Source of the DNA: Trichodelitschia bisporula
Taxonomy: Eukaryota
Length of the DNA: 64,000 bases
Direction: 5' to 3'
NCBI GenBank assembly: GCA_010356995.1
Contig: ML996689.1
Span: forward strand, 169,873-233,872
Shown: positions 1 through 11,593 of the stretch, in pieces
Position numbering within the stretch: the first letter of the stretch is position 1
Layout of the letters: the number at the start of each line of letters is the position of its first letter
Made by a program: the position numbers and the translations under genes
The notes under the pieces: model-generated
Told to the model about the DNA's origin: nothing
The model's database searches: none
Seen by the model: the letters and a program-made list of their open reading frames with translations, nothing else

Positions 1-273
1 TGGGACGCCGGCTCGGGAAAGGCGCTGCAGACGCTCGAGGGCCAGTCGGATATCAACGCCGTGGCATTCTGGCAGGACGGCAAGCAGTTGCCAGGTTCCG
101 GATCGGATCCTCCACGTTTCAGAATTGTTGGGGAATGGATGACCATAAGTGCGGAAAAATGTCTTTGGCTTCCAGTCGAGTATCGCAATCCGCTACATGT
201 CGCTGTTCATGGAAGCAAGGTTGGCTTGGGGTATTCGTCTGGTCGAGTGCTGTGCATGGAATTCATTTGCTAA
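1..273 (+). CDS. 3' end of a WD40-repeat protein, probably a NACHT-WD (HET-E/NWD-like) NLR; 5'-truncated by the window edge
   Basis: Frame 1 reads WDAGSGKALQTLEGQSDINAVAFWQDGKQL...GEWMTISAEKCLWLPVEYR...VAVHGSKVGLGYSSGRVLCMEF*. This is a WD..G..LQTLEGH-type repeat followed by the LWLP.EYR...G..SGRV tail typical of fungal NACHT-WD proteins. The NACHT domain itself is not in the window. Confidence 0.8.
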   Translation, partial: WDAGSGKALQTLEGQSDINAVAFWQDGKQLPGSGSDPPRFRIVGEWMTISAEKCLWLPVEYRNPLHVAVHGSKVGLGYSSGRVLCMEFIC

Positions 274-757
274 ATATTTCTCTTAACCCCCTCCCCACCC
301 ACCTCCGTTGTGGTCTGAGCCCCTTAATACCTTGAGAGTGAAAGTGGTAAAGGATTACAAATGGGAGTGGTACGGCTTTAAAATCAAGCACTCCATTAGC
401 AAATGGTAACAGTGGCATACAAAAATGTCGCCAGATCAGTGAAGTAATGGCTTCAATGCAAAGGGGATCTGGAAACATCTGGAATTAACCATTCTTTCAG
501 TGCACAGAGAAGGTATGATGGAATGTAGTGGCTGTGTTCAATGTTTTCCACTCCCAGTTCTTGCGTCGAGCAGAGCGTTGATGAAGACGGGACCAGACCC
601 TAGCTCAACCTGATCAAAGCCGGAAAAGGGAGACGGTTACGTTCACCATGTCCTCTCATTAGCCTCCATTGATAAAGACGTGAAGCTGTGTTAGGATGCT
701 AGGCGGATAATCCTATGTTTGTCATCTGAGGCCCTACACAGTGAGCCCGATCTTGAG

Positions 758-853
758 CGCCACCTCCGCCCGCGCCACCATCTCCATCCGCGCCACCAAC
801 TCCACCCGCGCCACCAATTTCACCCGTGCCACCAACCCACTCGCCACCTGCGC
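758..853. repeat. Degenerate ~18-bp tandem repeat (CGCCACCAWYTCCACCCG-like), 5-6 units
   Basis: cgccaccatctccatccg / cgccaccaactccacccg / cgccaccaatttcacccg are directly visible. Confidence 0.7.
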
Positions 854-1323
854 CACTACCTCAGCTCGTCTTCCCTTCCCTCACCAAGGTACAGCCCCAC
901 ACTTAGCCCCCTAGCCACCCCACTCGGAGAATCGGAGTGCAGGGTAGTGTTGCCTGAGTCACGTTGAGGCAGACCTGACACTGCGAAGACGGAATAGGGG
1001 TCCTAACAGGCGCCCCCGCTTAATTGAGATATGGCCCTTCCGATACTCATGATACTTCGCTTGCAGGTCCAACCGGGCCGGTTCTGGAGAGGGGAGCCGG
1101 CGACAGGCCGAAGACAGGGCGATTTAAGGGAGGCGTTGTGGTTCAATGCGGAGGGTAGCACGAGCACATGTTACTGCCCATCTAAAATCACTTAGCGCGT
1201 CAGTAACTTTCAGTTGAAGGAAATCTGGCGCTGGATTTAGTGGCAAGACGGAGGAAAGTATTGGCTAGCAAGGATGACAATGCATAGGCTAGTCCAGATT
1301 GAGCATTTACCTCATTGAACTGA

Positions 1324-1441
1324 GGATACGGACACATGTCAAAGAGAATACCAGTCCCGGTCTGCTCACTGAAGTTAAGCTTTGAACCGGTTGACTAGTA
1401 GTTGCGTAGGTGACCAGCAGCGAATCCCAACTGCAGTATGT
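1324..1441 (+). pseudogene. 5S rRNA variant, probably a pseudogene
   Basis: 118 nt, colinear with the 5S gene at 48319 (17 differences by hand alignment) and followed by a T-run. Helix I is disrupted (GGATACGGA vs GCAGTATGT). Confidence 0.8.
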
Positions 1442-1670
1442 TTTCGCCTCTTTGCATCATGAAACTGGTGTGGGCGGACGTGGAAGAGAACTGGCCAATG
1501 ACTTGTGAAGCTCAACTCGCTAGAGCTAGGCTGTCTCACGTGAACACGCTTCCTTTTTCGACGACGGGTGGCCTTGCTGCAGAAGCGATCGTTCGACGTC
1601 GTGTCGTCTTCTGTCACAACGGACATCAACAGAGTCTCAACTCAGCAAAATTCATCGAAATCACGGCAAA

Positions 1671-2582
1671 ATGGCTCGTCCCTTTAGTTCCCGAAAGCGT
1701 GATCTTGTCTACTTGATCTTTTTCAGCATCCACCTCCCCGTGATCTTTGGTGCCTCTCCCTTCCCCGTGGGTAGATCGCAATCCGGCTAACTGCTCAGCT
1801 GTCGATGCCGTCGCGCTGTATCCGCCCCAGCTGGTGCCCGGGTGGATGGCCGCGCTGCGTAACTTTTATATTACTACGTATCAGGATCGGTTTTTCATTG
1901 CGCCACCGTGAGTTGAGTCAGGTGTGGTCGGTTGGACCGGGTCGGGTAAAGATACGTACCTACTCCAGAAGTGTGGCATCTACCTCCGCTCTATTGCCGC
2001 AAACCATACCACTTTTCTCATGATTCCCATCTTATGGTCGACGGCAATAGAGGGGAGGTAGATCCCACACCTTTGGGGTAAGTAGGTATCGTCTATCCAG
2101 CCCGGTCCAACTGGTCACACTCGTTTCCGTCAAGGGAATGGCAATCGGATGTATGCTGATACCGCCAGCGCCTGGTTCAAGCTGTACATCTGGCTCGAAG
2201 TGTTATACCACGCGCCGCTGTCAGCATGGGCCGTAGGCGCGCTCTGGCGGGGTAAGGCTCCCCTCCCGGGTCCCGCGGAAACAAGCTGATGAAGCAGATG
2301 ACCCCAAGGTCCCGGTGCACCTGCTCGGGTACGCGGTGCAGACGGCGGTGACGACCGCGACGTGCATTGCCGAGTATCTGAGCTGGGAGGACTTCAGCGC
2401 GGAGCAGAAGTTGCAGCTCGGGTATTTGTATGTGCCATATCTGGCGGTTGGTGAGTGTTTCTCTTTGTTGCTTGGTTTGTGGGAGGCTGATGGGGGTAGC
2501 GGTTTTTATGGGCGTGGATATGTTTGGGAGGCTTTTGGGGCAGGTGGAGAGGGCGAGAGGGGGGGTGAAGAAGGTGCAGTAG
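1671..2582 (+). CDS. EXPERA-domain (TMEM97/EBP-like) integral membrane protein, 5 exons
   Basis: Exons about 1671-1749, 1799-1907, 2169-2251, 2298-2450 and 2500-2582 splice to MARPFSSRKRDLVYLIFFSIHLPVIFAVDAVALYP...YQDRFFIAPPAWFKLYIWLEVLYHAPLS...DDPKVPVHLLGYAVQTAVTTATCIAEY...LYVPYLAVAVFMGVDMFGRL. GT-AG boundaries carry CTAAC/CTGAT branch sites. Confidence 0.85.
1922..2120. repeat. Long imperfect inverted repeat (foldback/MITE-like) inside intron 2 of the EXPERA gene
   Basis: Arm 1922-2008 matches the reverse complement of 2033-2120 at about 80% (17 substitutions and 1 gap over 88 positions), with a 24-nt loop. Confidence 0.9.
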
Positions 2583-2947
2583 GGGTGAGGGAGGAATGCG
2601 GGGTAATGGGAATGGGAATGAGGAACTTGCTTTGTAGGGCCGACGGTAGCGGGTTGGAATATTAATGCGTTGTTCATTTTCATCATCTTTAAAGCACATC
2701 AATCAGGAATCTAAGTCTAGCCCATTTGCCACCACAGTCCGAGAGATACCGTCGATCAAGCATGCTCTCGGTCATGGTGCGCAGTCAGACCTGCCAACGC
2801 GCCTGTTTCTCACGTACCACGCCCACCCGCCCGCACGCAGGGACTGCCACCTTCGGTGAAGTACTCAACGCAGTAAAGTGAGGGCAAACCGCATGAATGA
2901 CGAAATGATTGATAAAAAGAGAGGGGGCGTAAGAACTTGCCCGGGAG

Positions 2948-3595
2948 TTAGCCGCGCTCACCGCGCTCACGACGCTTTGCCAGAAGAATCCGGAAGAGAA
3001 CAGTGTTCTTGCGTTCGCGGTCGCGGCCCTGTGGGCACTCGTACATCTTCCCGTCAAAAAGGTAAAAGCTCATTAAGCCGTGAGCCACGTTCTGGAGCCT
3101 GTGCGTATTTCTTAGACTTGAATGAAGGCTTCAGTTTGGGGATATTTACTCAGGGTTCTTGTCATGCCACTCTGCCCCTCTGCCATCCCAGCCGTCTTTG
3201 CCATCCCAAACGGACAGGACAGTCTCCAAGACTTTCTTCGGAAGGTCATAGAATTCGACTTTGACGTCTTCGGTCCATTTCGCTTTGATTGTGATGAGGT
3301 GATTGATGATGTCCTTTGCCGAAAAGTCGCTCGCATCAATGGAGATTACAGAGGAATGGTATACGTCCGGGACAGCGACCCTCCATACATCGGCGCCAAA
3401 CCCCATTGATTTGTTTATGCGTATGGATTGCGTTGCCCTAGCGCGAGGCACTGAGTCCGCAAGTCCATTTAGGAAGCATGTCAAAGGCTCCCCTTTTGTG
3501 CAATTCTTCAGGATTGACTGCCACTCGGCGTCGTCAAGAATGGGTTCCCACTCATCCACTCTCGGCTTATACAACTTCGAAGCTGTGGAAGACAT
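2948..3595 (-). CDS. Hypothetical protein of about 198 aa, 2 exons
   Basis: ORF MSSTASKLYKPRVDEWEPIL...HDKNPE continues in frame across a 51-nt GTAAAT...CTAAG...CAG intron (3099-3149) into LQNVAHGLMSFYLFDGKMYECPQG...ERG*. No family recognised. Confidence 0.45.
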
Positions 3596-6500
3596 ATTGT
3601 TGAGTACAAGCAAGAGGTTACGGTAGATTGTGGGGTTGTGTTGCGGTGGTCGAGCGTGCTCTGCCGCAGTAGGTATCTTCGTTCTATTTATGCTGTATCT
3701 AAGTCATGACACAGGGCGAGAAGCGAAGCTCGCGTTGGGTCCTTCGTAGATAGATGCCAGATCTCAACCAAATGACGAGCTCCTTTCGATCTGTCAGGGT
3801 GATACTAGCCAGCTAGCAGAACCAAAGATTGCGTCGGGCCAAAACCCTCCGTTGAGGGAAAAGTCCGGCGGTAGAACATATTCATCTGCGGTAACTGTCA
3901 GTCCGAGCAGACAGACGACGAGGACTGAACCATGCTTCGTTGCTAGCACCAGGACAGCGGTGGAAAGCGCGCTCTCCGAAAGCTGCCACAATTCACTTCG
4001 TACCGTCAGAAATGGTCCCACAATCACCGATAGAAAACCCTCATCCACTAACCTTTCAGCCCTATCAACAAACACGTCAGCCCGCCGCTCCAAAGAACCA
4101 CTCACCAGCGATCTATCAAATTCGACAAACGCGTCAGCATCCACGAGGTGTCGTCTCCGTCTCCCGGCCGGCCACCACTCGGCCCGAACCGGCGGCCGCA
4201 GATCCGCACGGTCCGCGGATCATCATCTCCATTTCAGCTGCTCCAACGCCAGACATGCCGCATGCCTTTCAGCGGCCGCAGGCAGGCGAATGTCTCCATA
4301 TGTAACTGCTGGCGAATGATGCTGTGCGATGTGGCCCATTTGACCGTGGTGCCTTGCAGGTGCATGCAGTGCGCGCTAGCCGGATTGGGGACGTGATGGT
4401 CCGAGTGGTTGACACGTCAGAGATGGGGAGAGTGTACGCAACGTATATTATGGTTGAGGCTTGGGCAGATGGCTTGGGTGGGAGAGCCTGGTTTAAAGGT
4501 ACCGTAGGCCCTGGCGTGGAATATGTTTGTACTGCGTAGGGCTGGTGGAGGAGTTGCGGGCGGAATTGAGCATCGAAATGTCGTCGCGGGAACGTACAGG
4601 GAATGCGGGAGTATTTCCAATCAGCATGCGTTTGCGGAACTGTGTGCATATGCTAACCCTTGAAGGTATCTACATCTGGTTCACCGTGCTGTGACTCAAA
4701 ACCTCAACGTCGACGTCCACTCATTGGGGCTCGCTTCACCGCACAGCGTCCCAAATTTGGGAGCCTGGCTGGACCAAAATCAACCGCCTTCTTGCTGCTG
4801 TGTATATAATCCCGCGTCGTTGTCGGCGGGCGAACTCTTGCGGGAGCTGATAACTTCGAAATTAGGTTGTAGGGTGCTCGGTTATGGCGCGACTGCGTCA
4901 TGTTATTGGGTCCCTTTCGGGGACAAGGTCTGTCTTACGCCCCGAGGCCATCGCGACTTCCGTTGGCGACAACCTTTGCCCTTGGCTCTTGTATTGAAGT
5001 GAGCTTGACATATGTCTAGACGATACTGGCACCAATACTCCAAGGCCACTCTGAAGATTATGACGGCTGAACAGGGTTGGCCGCCGTTGAACGTTGCATG
5101 CCGCAAGGTAGGGTTGGAAACCCTCAGCTAAACCAGTGCAAGGTATCTTGAGCCTCCGATACATCCTCCGACTCGAAAGCTGCTGGCCTAAAGGTTGTCA
5201 GCATCCAGTAGTAGCAGCAAACAGGATACAGGTCAGACCTCTCTCGTGCATTTGACGGCACGCACTTGACGACGGCCGAAGCGATACGCCAACCTTCCCC
5301 ACAGCAATCAGACAAACAAACTCCTCCCGTACGAGCATCTAACAAGATGCAATAAACATCCTTCGGATGACTGTCACGGCTCAAAAGGCCTTCGTCCTGC
5401 TTCAGCATAGACTGTTCACCACTGTCATCGCATTGGCGTCCCCCGGCATCGTCCAGAGTGAACACATCCTCCATATCATTCAGCCCCGCAGAGCCTCACA
5501 TCACAAGACCGCATGACCTCTCCCTTGATAATCAACAGCTGGACACCCGCGTTAAATGTATCACACAGCAGCCTTCCTCAGTACGACCAACTCGAAACCC
5601 GCTCCGCGGCAGCCTCGCGTTGCCGTGCCGTATTGCCGCACCGCATCGCCCATCCGATCAGGCTGCCTTGACTCACAGTCCCGTTTGTGCAATATCCGAT
5701 GACGGAACTTAGACGCAGCGAGAAGGCCATGGAACCACAATGATGCAGCAACCTTTGTGTATCGACAGAGGCAGATTTCTGGCCACGGTCGCCTTGTTTG
5801 CTGGGAGTGCCCCGTCTTTGTTGAGGAGACATGGGGCACACAGGATCGAGCAAGCAGCACTTGTTCAGACACGTCCATCACACCACCATAGCCACTGGCG
5901 CGCTCCACATGACAACCGCCGCGCGCGCGCAATTGACATCCAGTCCCACTCAATCGTGGCGCCGACCGCTCCCGGACTGGGCACACGACCGCTTAAACCC
6001 CAACCCCAATCCCAACGTCGACAACTGTCCAGCAACTCAGAGCTCAAGGCAGCAAGCAACTAGCTCGTCTGCTGCCTACAGCGCAAAGAAACCCCAAGCG
6101 ATATCGCGCGATTTTGCCGCAGATCGTCCAGCTCAGGCCCGCTACTAACGAGGCAACCGCACCATCGCAGCTGAGCTCGCTCCTAGACGAGATAGTGCCG
6201 AGGCAGCCTTGTTGCTGCTCTTCGGAGATGTTGTAACAAAGAGCGAAGCAGTGCCATCTCCACTGGCGGGCCTGAGCGGCGAACACGCCGTCCAGGACAA
6301 ACCCCGACTTCGCTGCGACACGCTTTGCCTGGACTTACGAGGGATGTGCGGGGAGCGTGTCCGTCCCGTGTGGGAGCGGGGGTCGCGATCCCTCGCCCGC
6401 ATAGCCTCGTCCTTGGACAGGGTTTGCCGACTTTGATGAAATCGATAACGAAGGCTGGGCGGCGGAGGGACGGACGTCTTCCTACCGGATACAGTTTGTT

Positions 6501-9500
6501 GGATGACCAGTCCAGGCCTTGTCGATGGAAGAGGCCATTCTACCGTCGTTGATTGTTCAGCACGGATTATGTTTGAGGATCGGGCGCCCTGTGCGCAGCG
6601 CTTTATTCAGCATGTCACCGTTGGTAATACTTCCTCCGTTGGCGCAGGGGAGCCACCGGGGCTGGTGCTTCTTCTTCACCCGCGAGAGTCACTATTGTCC
6701 AACCCGGGACCGCTATCCCGTCACTTGGCCCTGTCTTGCTGACCCCCGCAAAATTGGGCATGAATTCAAGCAGCCTGTGCCACAGTGGCTCGGTTTCTCA
6801 TCAATCTATCGCTCTGATCCTCTAGGGGCGATCTTCCCGTACCCTCAGGCCCTAAGTATTTTCAGCAACTTTTCCAACGACCCCCCGTTGATGGCCTTGT
6901 AACACAATCCAGTCAACACCCGCTCTCTACCTCAGCACCGCAAGCGGCGAAACGGGTTGACGTACAGCTTTCGCCCCGGGGGAGATTAGCAAGCGTAAAA
7001 TAGCTGCCCGAGGCGCACGTCCGTTTTGGAATCCGGGTGCTTCCGTGCTCCCCATTAGGAATATTCGAGGCAAATTAGTGTGGCGAACAATCCTAGACAG
7101 CCTATCGCAGTTGCTAGATAACGCCCTGCGCGCCTAAACTGTGGCTAATTAACTGTGGCTCGGATGATGTGTGGCGTTAGGCGGTGCAAGCCCCGCGAGT
7201 GAGGAGGGGGATCGAACGGTGTACAGCCGCAGTCACACCGCAGGTTCCTCACGCAAACACACTTCCGTTTCCATCCGGAGCGGTTCCTCACGTCGCAGCG
7301 ACGGAAAGGGCAAGCGAAACTCTCGGCGATGCCTATTGGCGCCTAGGCGCATTCATGCGCACTTGCGCTAAGCGTTGCCGGACAGGGAAACTGGGAAAGG
7401 CGCCACGGGAGGCCGTTTGGGTGTTCGGCGACGGTCTTAGCTTGATCGTGCCGGATACCCTTCGGTGCATGTCTCCTTTCGGCTTTTGGGAATTGGGAGT
7501 CACTATGGCATGTCCATTATCATATGTTGTAGCGGGGGTTGTGGTGGGGGGTGAGGCTCGCGGCGGTGCGTGTGCGCGGGGCGCTGCGGCACACGGCCCT
7601 TCCATCAGCGGCGTGCGGATGGGCGAGACTAGTGCCCGCGGTGTCGGGGACGGGGGCGTCTGGCGCTGGTGTGGGCGGATTCGAGAAGTCTTTCGGAGGA
7701 TATGTGCGGAACGGGCACGGGGCACGATGGGCGGGTACTCGGGGCGGGATGTTTTTCTTGGTTTTGGGTGCCGGAGGGCGGTTCACGCGTGAACCTGCAT
7801 TAGCTGCCGCGTGGTCGCTGCGTCGCTCTTCTGCATCTCTGCGCTTCCCGCTGCGTATGCCACTTGTCCGCGAGGCTGCCGACTGGTTCGGGAGGGGGGT
7901 GTTCGATGCAGAGCTTTGCGCGGGGAGCGAGAGTGGGTGGATGAAGCGCGGTGCGCGGGGCGTTTGCGAATCGGCCTTCGGGGACCCCGGTGGGAGATGC
8001 GCGCGACGGTCCGCGTTGCGGATGGCGGGTGACAGTGGACGAGTGAGGGCGGGTCTGGGGGTGGGGGAGGGGTGGATGGGCGATGGGGTGGCTTGAGCTG
8101 CGCCTTGTTTGGTTGATTGAGGGGAGGGGGGGGTGGAGGGGGGGTTGGAGGAGCAGGGTGGCCTTCTGACGCCCTGCCCGATTTGCCGGGGTGGACGACG
8201 CCCGGTTAGTATGAGGGTGTACGGGTGCGGTGAGGATGGGAGATGGGGATAGAGTGGTGATTTGCCGTGGTGCTGGGGATGGGGGAATGGGTTGTGGTGC
8301 CCGGACCCGTCGCGACAGATGGTCGCAAAGACATCGACGCCCCAGGGGTGTGTGATGTGCCCGGCCACCTCGGCAGGCTTTTTGTCGAGGAATTTGTGGG
8401 CGACACTGGGGGTGTTGATGGTTGTTGGTGGTGTTGCAAGGGAGGGGATGGCAACCAGGCCACAGCGTGCCCATCGAAATAGGCAGACTGTTTGGGAGTT
8501 TGGTGAAGAGAGAGAGAGCTAGGAGCTAGGAGCTGGTAATGTGAGTGGGTGAGTGTGCCTTGAGCAATTCCTCGGCTGACGATGGCTTTCCATTCTCTTG
8601 CTCTTGCTCTTCCCCTTTCCTAACTTCACTGAATGCTCACTGTATATTTGCATTTTGAATATTCTCTCTTGCATCATCCACTCTCCTCTTTCTCTCCCGT
8701 CCTCCCATTTGACCATCGGCATCACTCTCGGAAAATCAACAGGGCCCCCAAGACTTCTTCCTGCACAGCCTTACACGGACCGCTGCAAATACTCACCCCT
8801 ACACACTCAGCCCCAGTGGCTGATACTACGGTTTATTGCGCTTCAACTAGGGAAACTAAACTACGCACTACTGATCTCGACACCTTGTTGGAAGAGAGAG
8901 CAGAAGCAGGAAACGGTTCGCAGGGGAACAAGGTGTGGCGTGTGCTGTGCAAAAAGACGTCAACCCAAGGGGAAAGCCAATTCAGGCAACCGACGAAGTC
9001 GACTTTGTTATAATAGCCATATGCCGGCCAGTCACCTCTCATTCTCCTCGCACTTAGCACCTCCCCCCCCCCAGTCGTCCAGCCTGCTTCAACTCTTCCT
9101 TCACTCTAACGATCCACTCATGCACACGCGGCGCCTTTGAACCTGCAGCAACCGTACATAACTCTCCTCTGTGCCTGTCGCATTTCTTCCTTCATCTTCC
9201 ACTCTCCACTCTCCACTCAACCACTCAACCACCTATATCATTGATCAGTCTCGCACTTTGTACATCGGCCTTTCTTCTCCCTTTTACTTACCGCTTTGCG
9301 CTACTCTTCACTCCCGGCGACACATCTCACCCCTCACACACCAACACCACTACCAACTTCTACCCACCACCCCCTCGCCTTGTCTCACTTAAGGCTTGTC
9401 ATCTGCTTTCTACCCCAACCAACAAACCCTTCTCTTCAAAGAGTACCCGCAGGCACCAGACGATTCCCGATCATAGAGCATCCTGACCCCGCAGGCCTTA

Positions 9501-9545
9501 AAGCCGACACCGTTTTCCCGTCCGCTTGTCGCCATTAGTCTCTGT

Positions 9546-9580
9546 GCATCGCGTCGCATCGCATCGCATCGCATCGCATC
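9546..9580. repeat. (GCATC)7 microsatellite with one variant unit
   Basis: Directly visible. Confidence 0.85.
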
Positions 9581-9784
9581 GTTGCTGATACCGATCACCA
9601 CTTCACCTCGACCAGCAGCAGCCTCGCTCTTGACCGCGCCGTCCCACAAGCACCACAGTCTCCCACACACAACCCAACACCCACCTTCCTCACTCCGCGC
9701 GTAGCCCCCCCCAACCGACCGCGGGACAAGCCCGCCTCACCCCCCCACCACCACCACACCGCGCCCCGCGCACACGTGACCACG

Positions 9785-11593
9785 ATGTGCGAAATCATAA
9801 TCCACAAATACATCTCGCCCTCCGGCCAGCGCTCCAGCCGGGAGGAAAAACGCCTCTGCGGCCTCTCCGACGACGTAAACCCATGCATGTACCACACGCG
9901 CCGCGAAATCACGGAGCCCCTCGACCCGCACCCCCCCAGCCTCGTGCACGACGATTCCCCGTCCTCGGTCTCGGTGTCTATCCCCGGGACCCCGATTAGT
10001 GCGACGTCGTCGGCGCGGTATGAGGTGCGGGAGCCTAGGCCGCTGGATCTGGGGCAGGGGAAGAAGAGGAGGGATTCGTTCCGTAGGAGGGAGAGCGCGG
10101 CGTCGTCGCGCCGTCCGAGTCCGAGGAGTTTTTACTCCGCCGGCACGGACGAGGAGCGCGACTCCGGAGTCATCGATGATACTCCCTCCTCGCGCCCCGG
10201 ACCTCCCAGTCCCACCCCCACCCCGCGCCTCCGCCGCAAAGCAGGCTACCCAGCCATAGTCCGGCAACCCGAGCCCCCGCGCACCCTCGCCCCCCCCACA
10301 GACCCAGGTCACCGCCGCACCCGCACCGCCCCCGAACCCATCCCCTTCTCAGACAGGGAATTCGCCCGGTCCCAGGCCCGCGAGGACCTTAGGAAGCAAA
10401 ACAAGCAGCGCGAGCGCGAACTCGAGGATGAGCGGAGGAAGCGCGAGGCCGCTGCGAAGAAGGAAGAGGAGGAGCGGAAGCTGGATGAGCAGGCGAGGAG
10501 GGATTATGAGCGGGTGGAGGGGCGGGCGGAGATTAGGGAGATGGCGCGTCGGAGGCGCGAGATGGAGGATGCGAAGGCCAGGGCGGGCGAGCAGGCCACC
10601 GCGCAGGCCAACGCTCAGGCTGCGGCGAAGGCCCGCCAGGCGGAGGCGGAGGCCCTGGCGCGCGCGCAGATGGAGGCTAAGGCCCGCGCGCGCCGGCTTG
10701 ACGATCTCAAGGCCCAGGCTGAGGAGCAGCGCCGGCGCGCCGAAGCCGATGAGCGCCGCGCCCGGCTTGAGCGCGAGGCCCGTGATCGGGAAATCGCGCG
10801 GCAGGCCGAGGCGCAGCGTGTGCGCGACGAGGAAATGCGCAGAGAACAATCCCGCCGCGTGGACGAACTGCGCCGAGCCGAGGAAGCGCGCCGCGAGCAA
10901 CTCATCGACGAAGCGGTGGAAAAGGTGCGCCGCGAACGGGCCGCGGAGGCAGCTGCTGAGCTTGAGGCGAGGTCGCGGCAGGCGAGTCGGGAGCGGCGCG
11001 CGGCGAGGGAGAGGGCCGCGGTGTTGGAGCGCGATTTGAGGGCGCAGGAGGAGGAGGAGATGAAGGTGCGGAGGCGCGAGGCCGAGCGGCTCCAGGCGGA
11101 GATCGAGGAGCTGGAGCGGGCTCAAGCGGTCGAGGACCGGCGTCTACGCGGCGAGGAGCGGCTCCGGGCCGAGGAGCGGCTTCGGCAAGAGGAGCGCGCG
11201 CGGCTTGGCCGGCGCCCCCGCATGGCACCTCCGCCGCTCGCTGCGTCGCCGCTACCCTTGCGCCTTGCGGCGCCGCAACGGAGTCCGGTGAATGTGTTGG
11301 GGGGGAATCCTTTGGCGAGTCAGGATTTCTTGAGGAGTTTGGGGGAGAGCGTGTTGCAGCGGGAGCGGAATGTGGCGAGTACGAGGGCGCAGGTGGCTAG
11401 TCAGGCGTTGCAGCCGTATGTTGCGCCGACTGGGTACGGAGGGGCGTATGCTGGGGAGGGGACGGGTTATGGTGCTGCGCCGGGGATTGTGAGGCGGAAT
11501 ACGATTGGGGGGCCGGGGAGTCGGGTGCGGGAGGCAAGGTATCGGGAGGGACGGAGGATGCAGGAGTGGCCAGATTATGATGCTAGGTATTGA
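9785..11593 (+). CDS. Hypothetical protein with a small Cys/His N-terminus, a Pro/Ser-rich linker and a long Arg/Glu/Ala coiled coil
   Basis: Uninterrupted 602-codon ORF from ATG 9785 (MCEIIIHKY...) with a charged helical central region. Confidence 0.8.
   Translation: MCEIIIHKYISPSGQRSSREEKRLCGLSDDVNPCMYHTRREITEPLDPHPPSLVHDDSPSSVSVSIPGTPISATSSARYEVREPRPLDLGQGKKRRDSFRRRESAASSRRPSPRSFYSAGTDEERDSGVIDDTPSSRPGPPSPTPTPRLRRKAGYPAIVRQPEPPRTLAPPTDPGHRRTRTAPEPIPFSDREFARSQAREDLRKQNKQRERELEDERRKREAAAKKEEEERKLDEQARRDYERVEGRAEIREMARRRREMEDAKARAGEQATAQANAQAAAKARQAEAEALARAQMEAKARARRLDDLKAQAEEQRRRAEADERRARLEREARDREIARQAEAQRVRDEEMRREQSRRVDELRRAEEARREQLIDEAVEKVRRERAAEAAAELEARSRQASRERRAARERAAVLERDLRAQEEEEMKVRRREAERLQAEIEELERAQAVEDRRLRGEERLRAEERLRQEERARLGRRPRMAPPPLAASPLPLRLAAPQRSPVNVLGGNPLASQDFLRSLGESVLQRERNVASTRAQVASQALQPYVAPTGYGGAYAGEGTGYGAAPGIVRRNTIGGPGSRVREARYREGRRMQEWPDYDARY

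Noticed and set aside
503..522. ACAGAGAAG resembling the U6 snRNA core
   Set aside because: The flanking sequence does not match U6.
1..1441. Boundary of a 5S-targeting giant element (Starship) next to the NLR-like gene
   Set aside because: The 5S copy is full-length rather than split, and no tyrosine-recombinase gene is in view. It cannot be fully excluded without the upstream sequence.
7171..8522. Numerous overlapping 100-280 aa ORFs
   Set aside because: G-rich low-complexity intergenic DNA with few stops by composition; no motifs or consistent codon bias.
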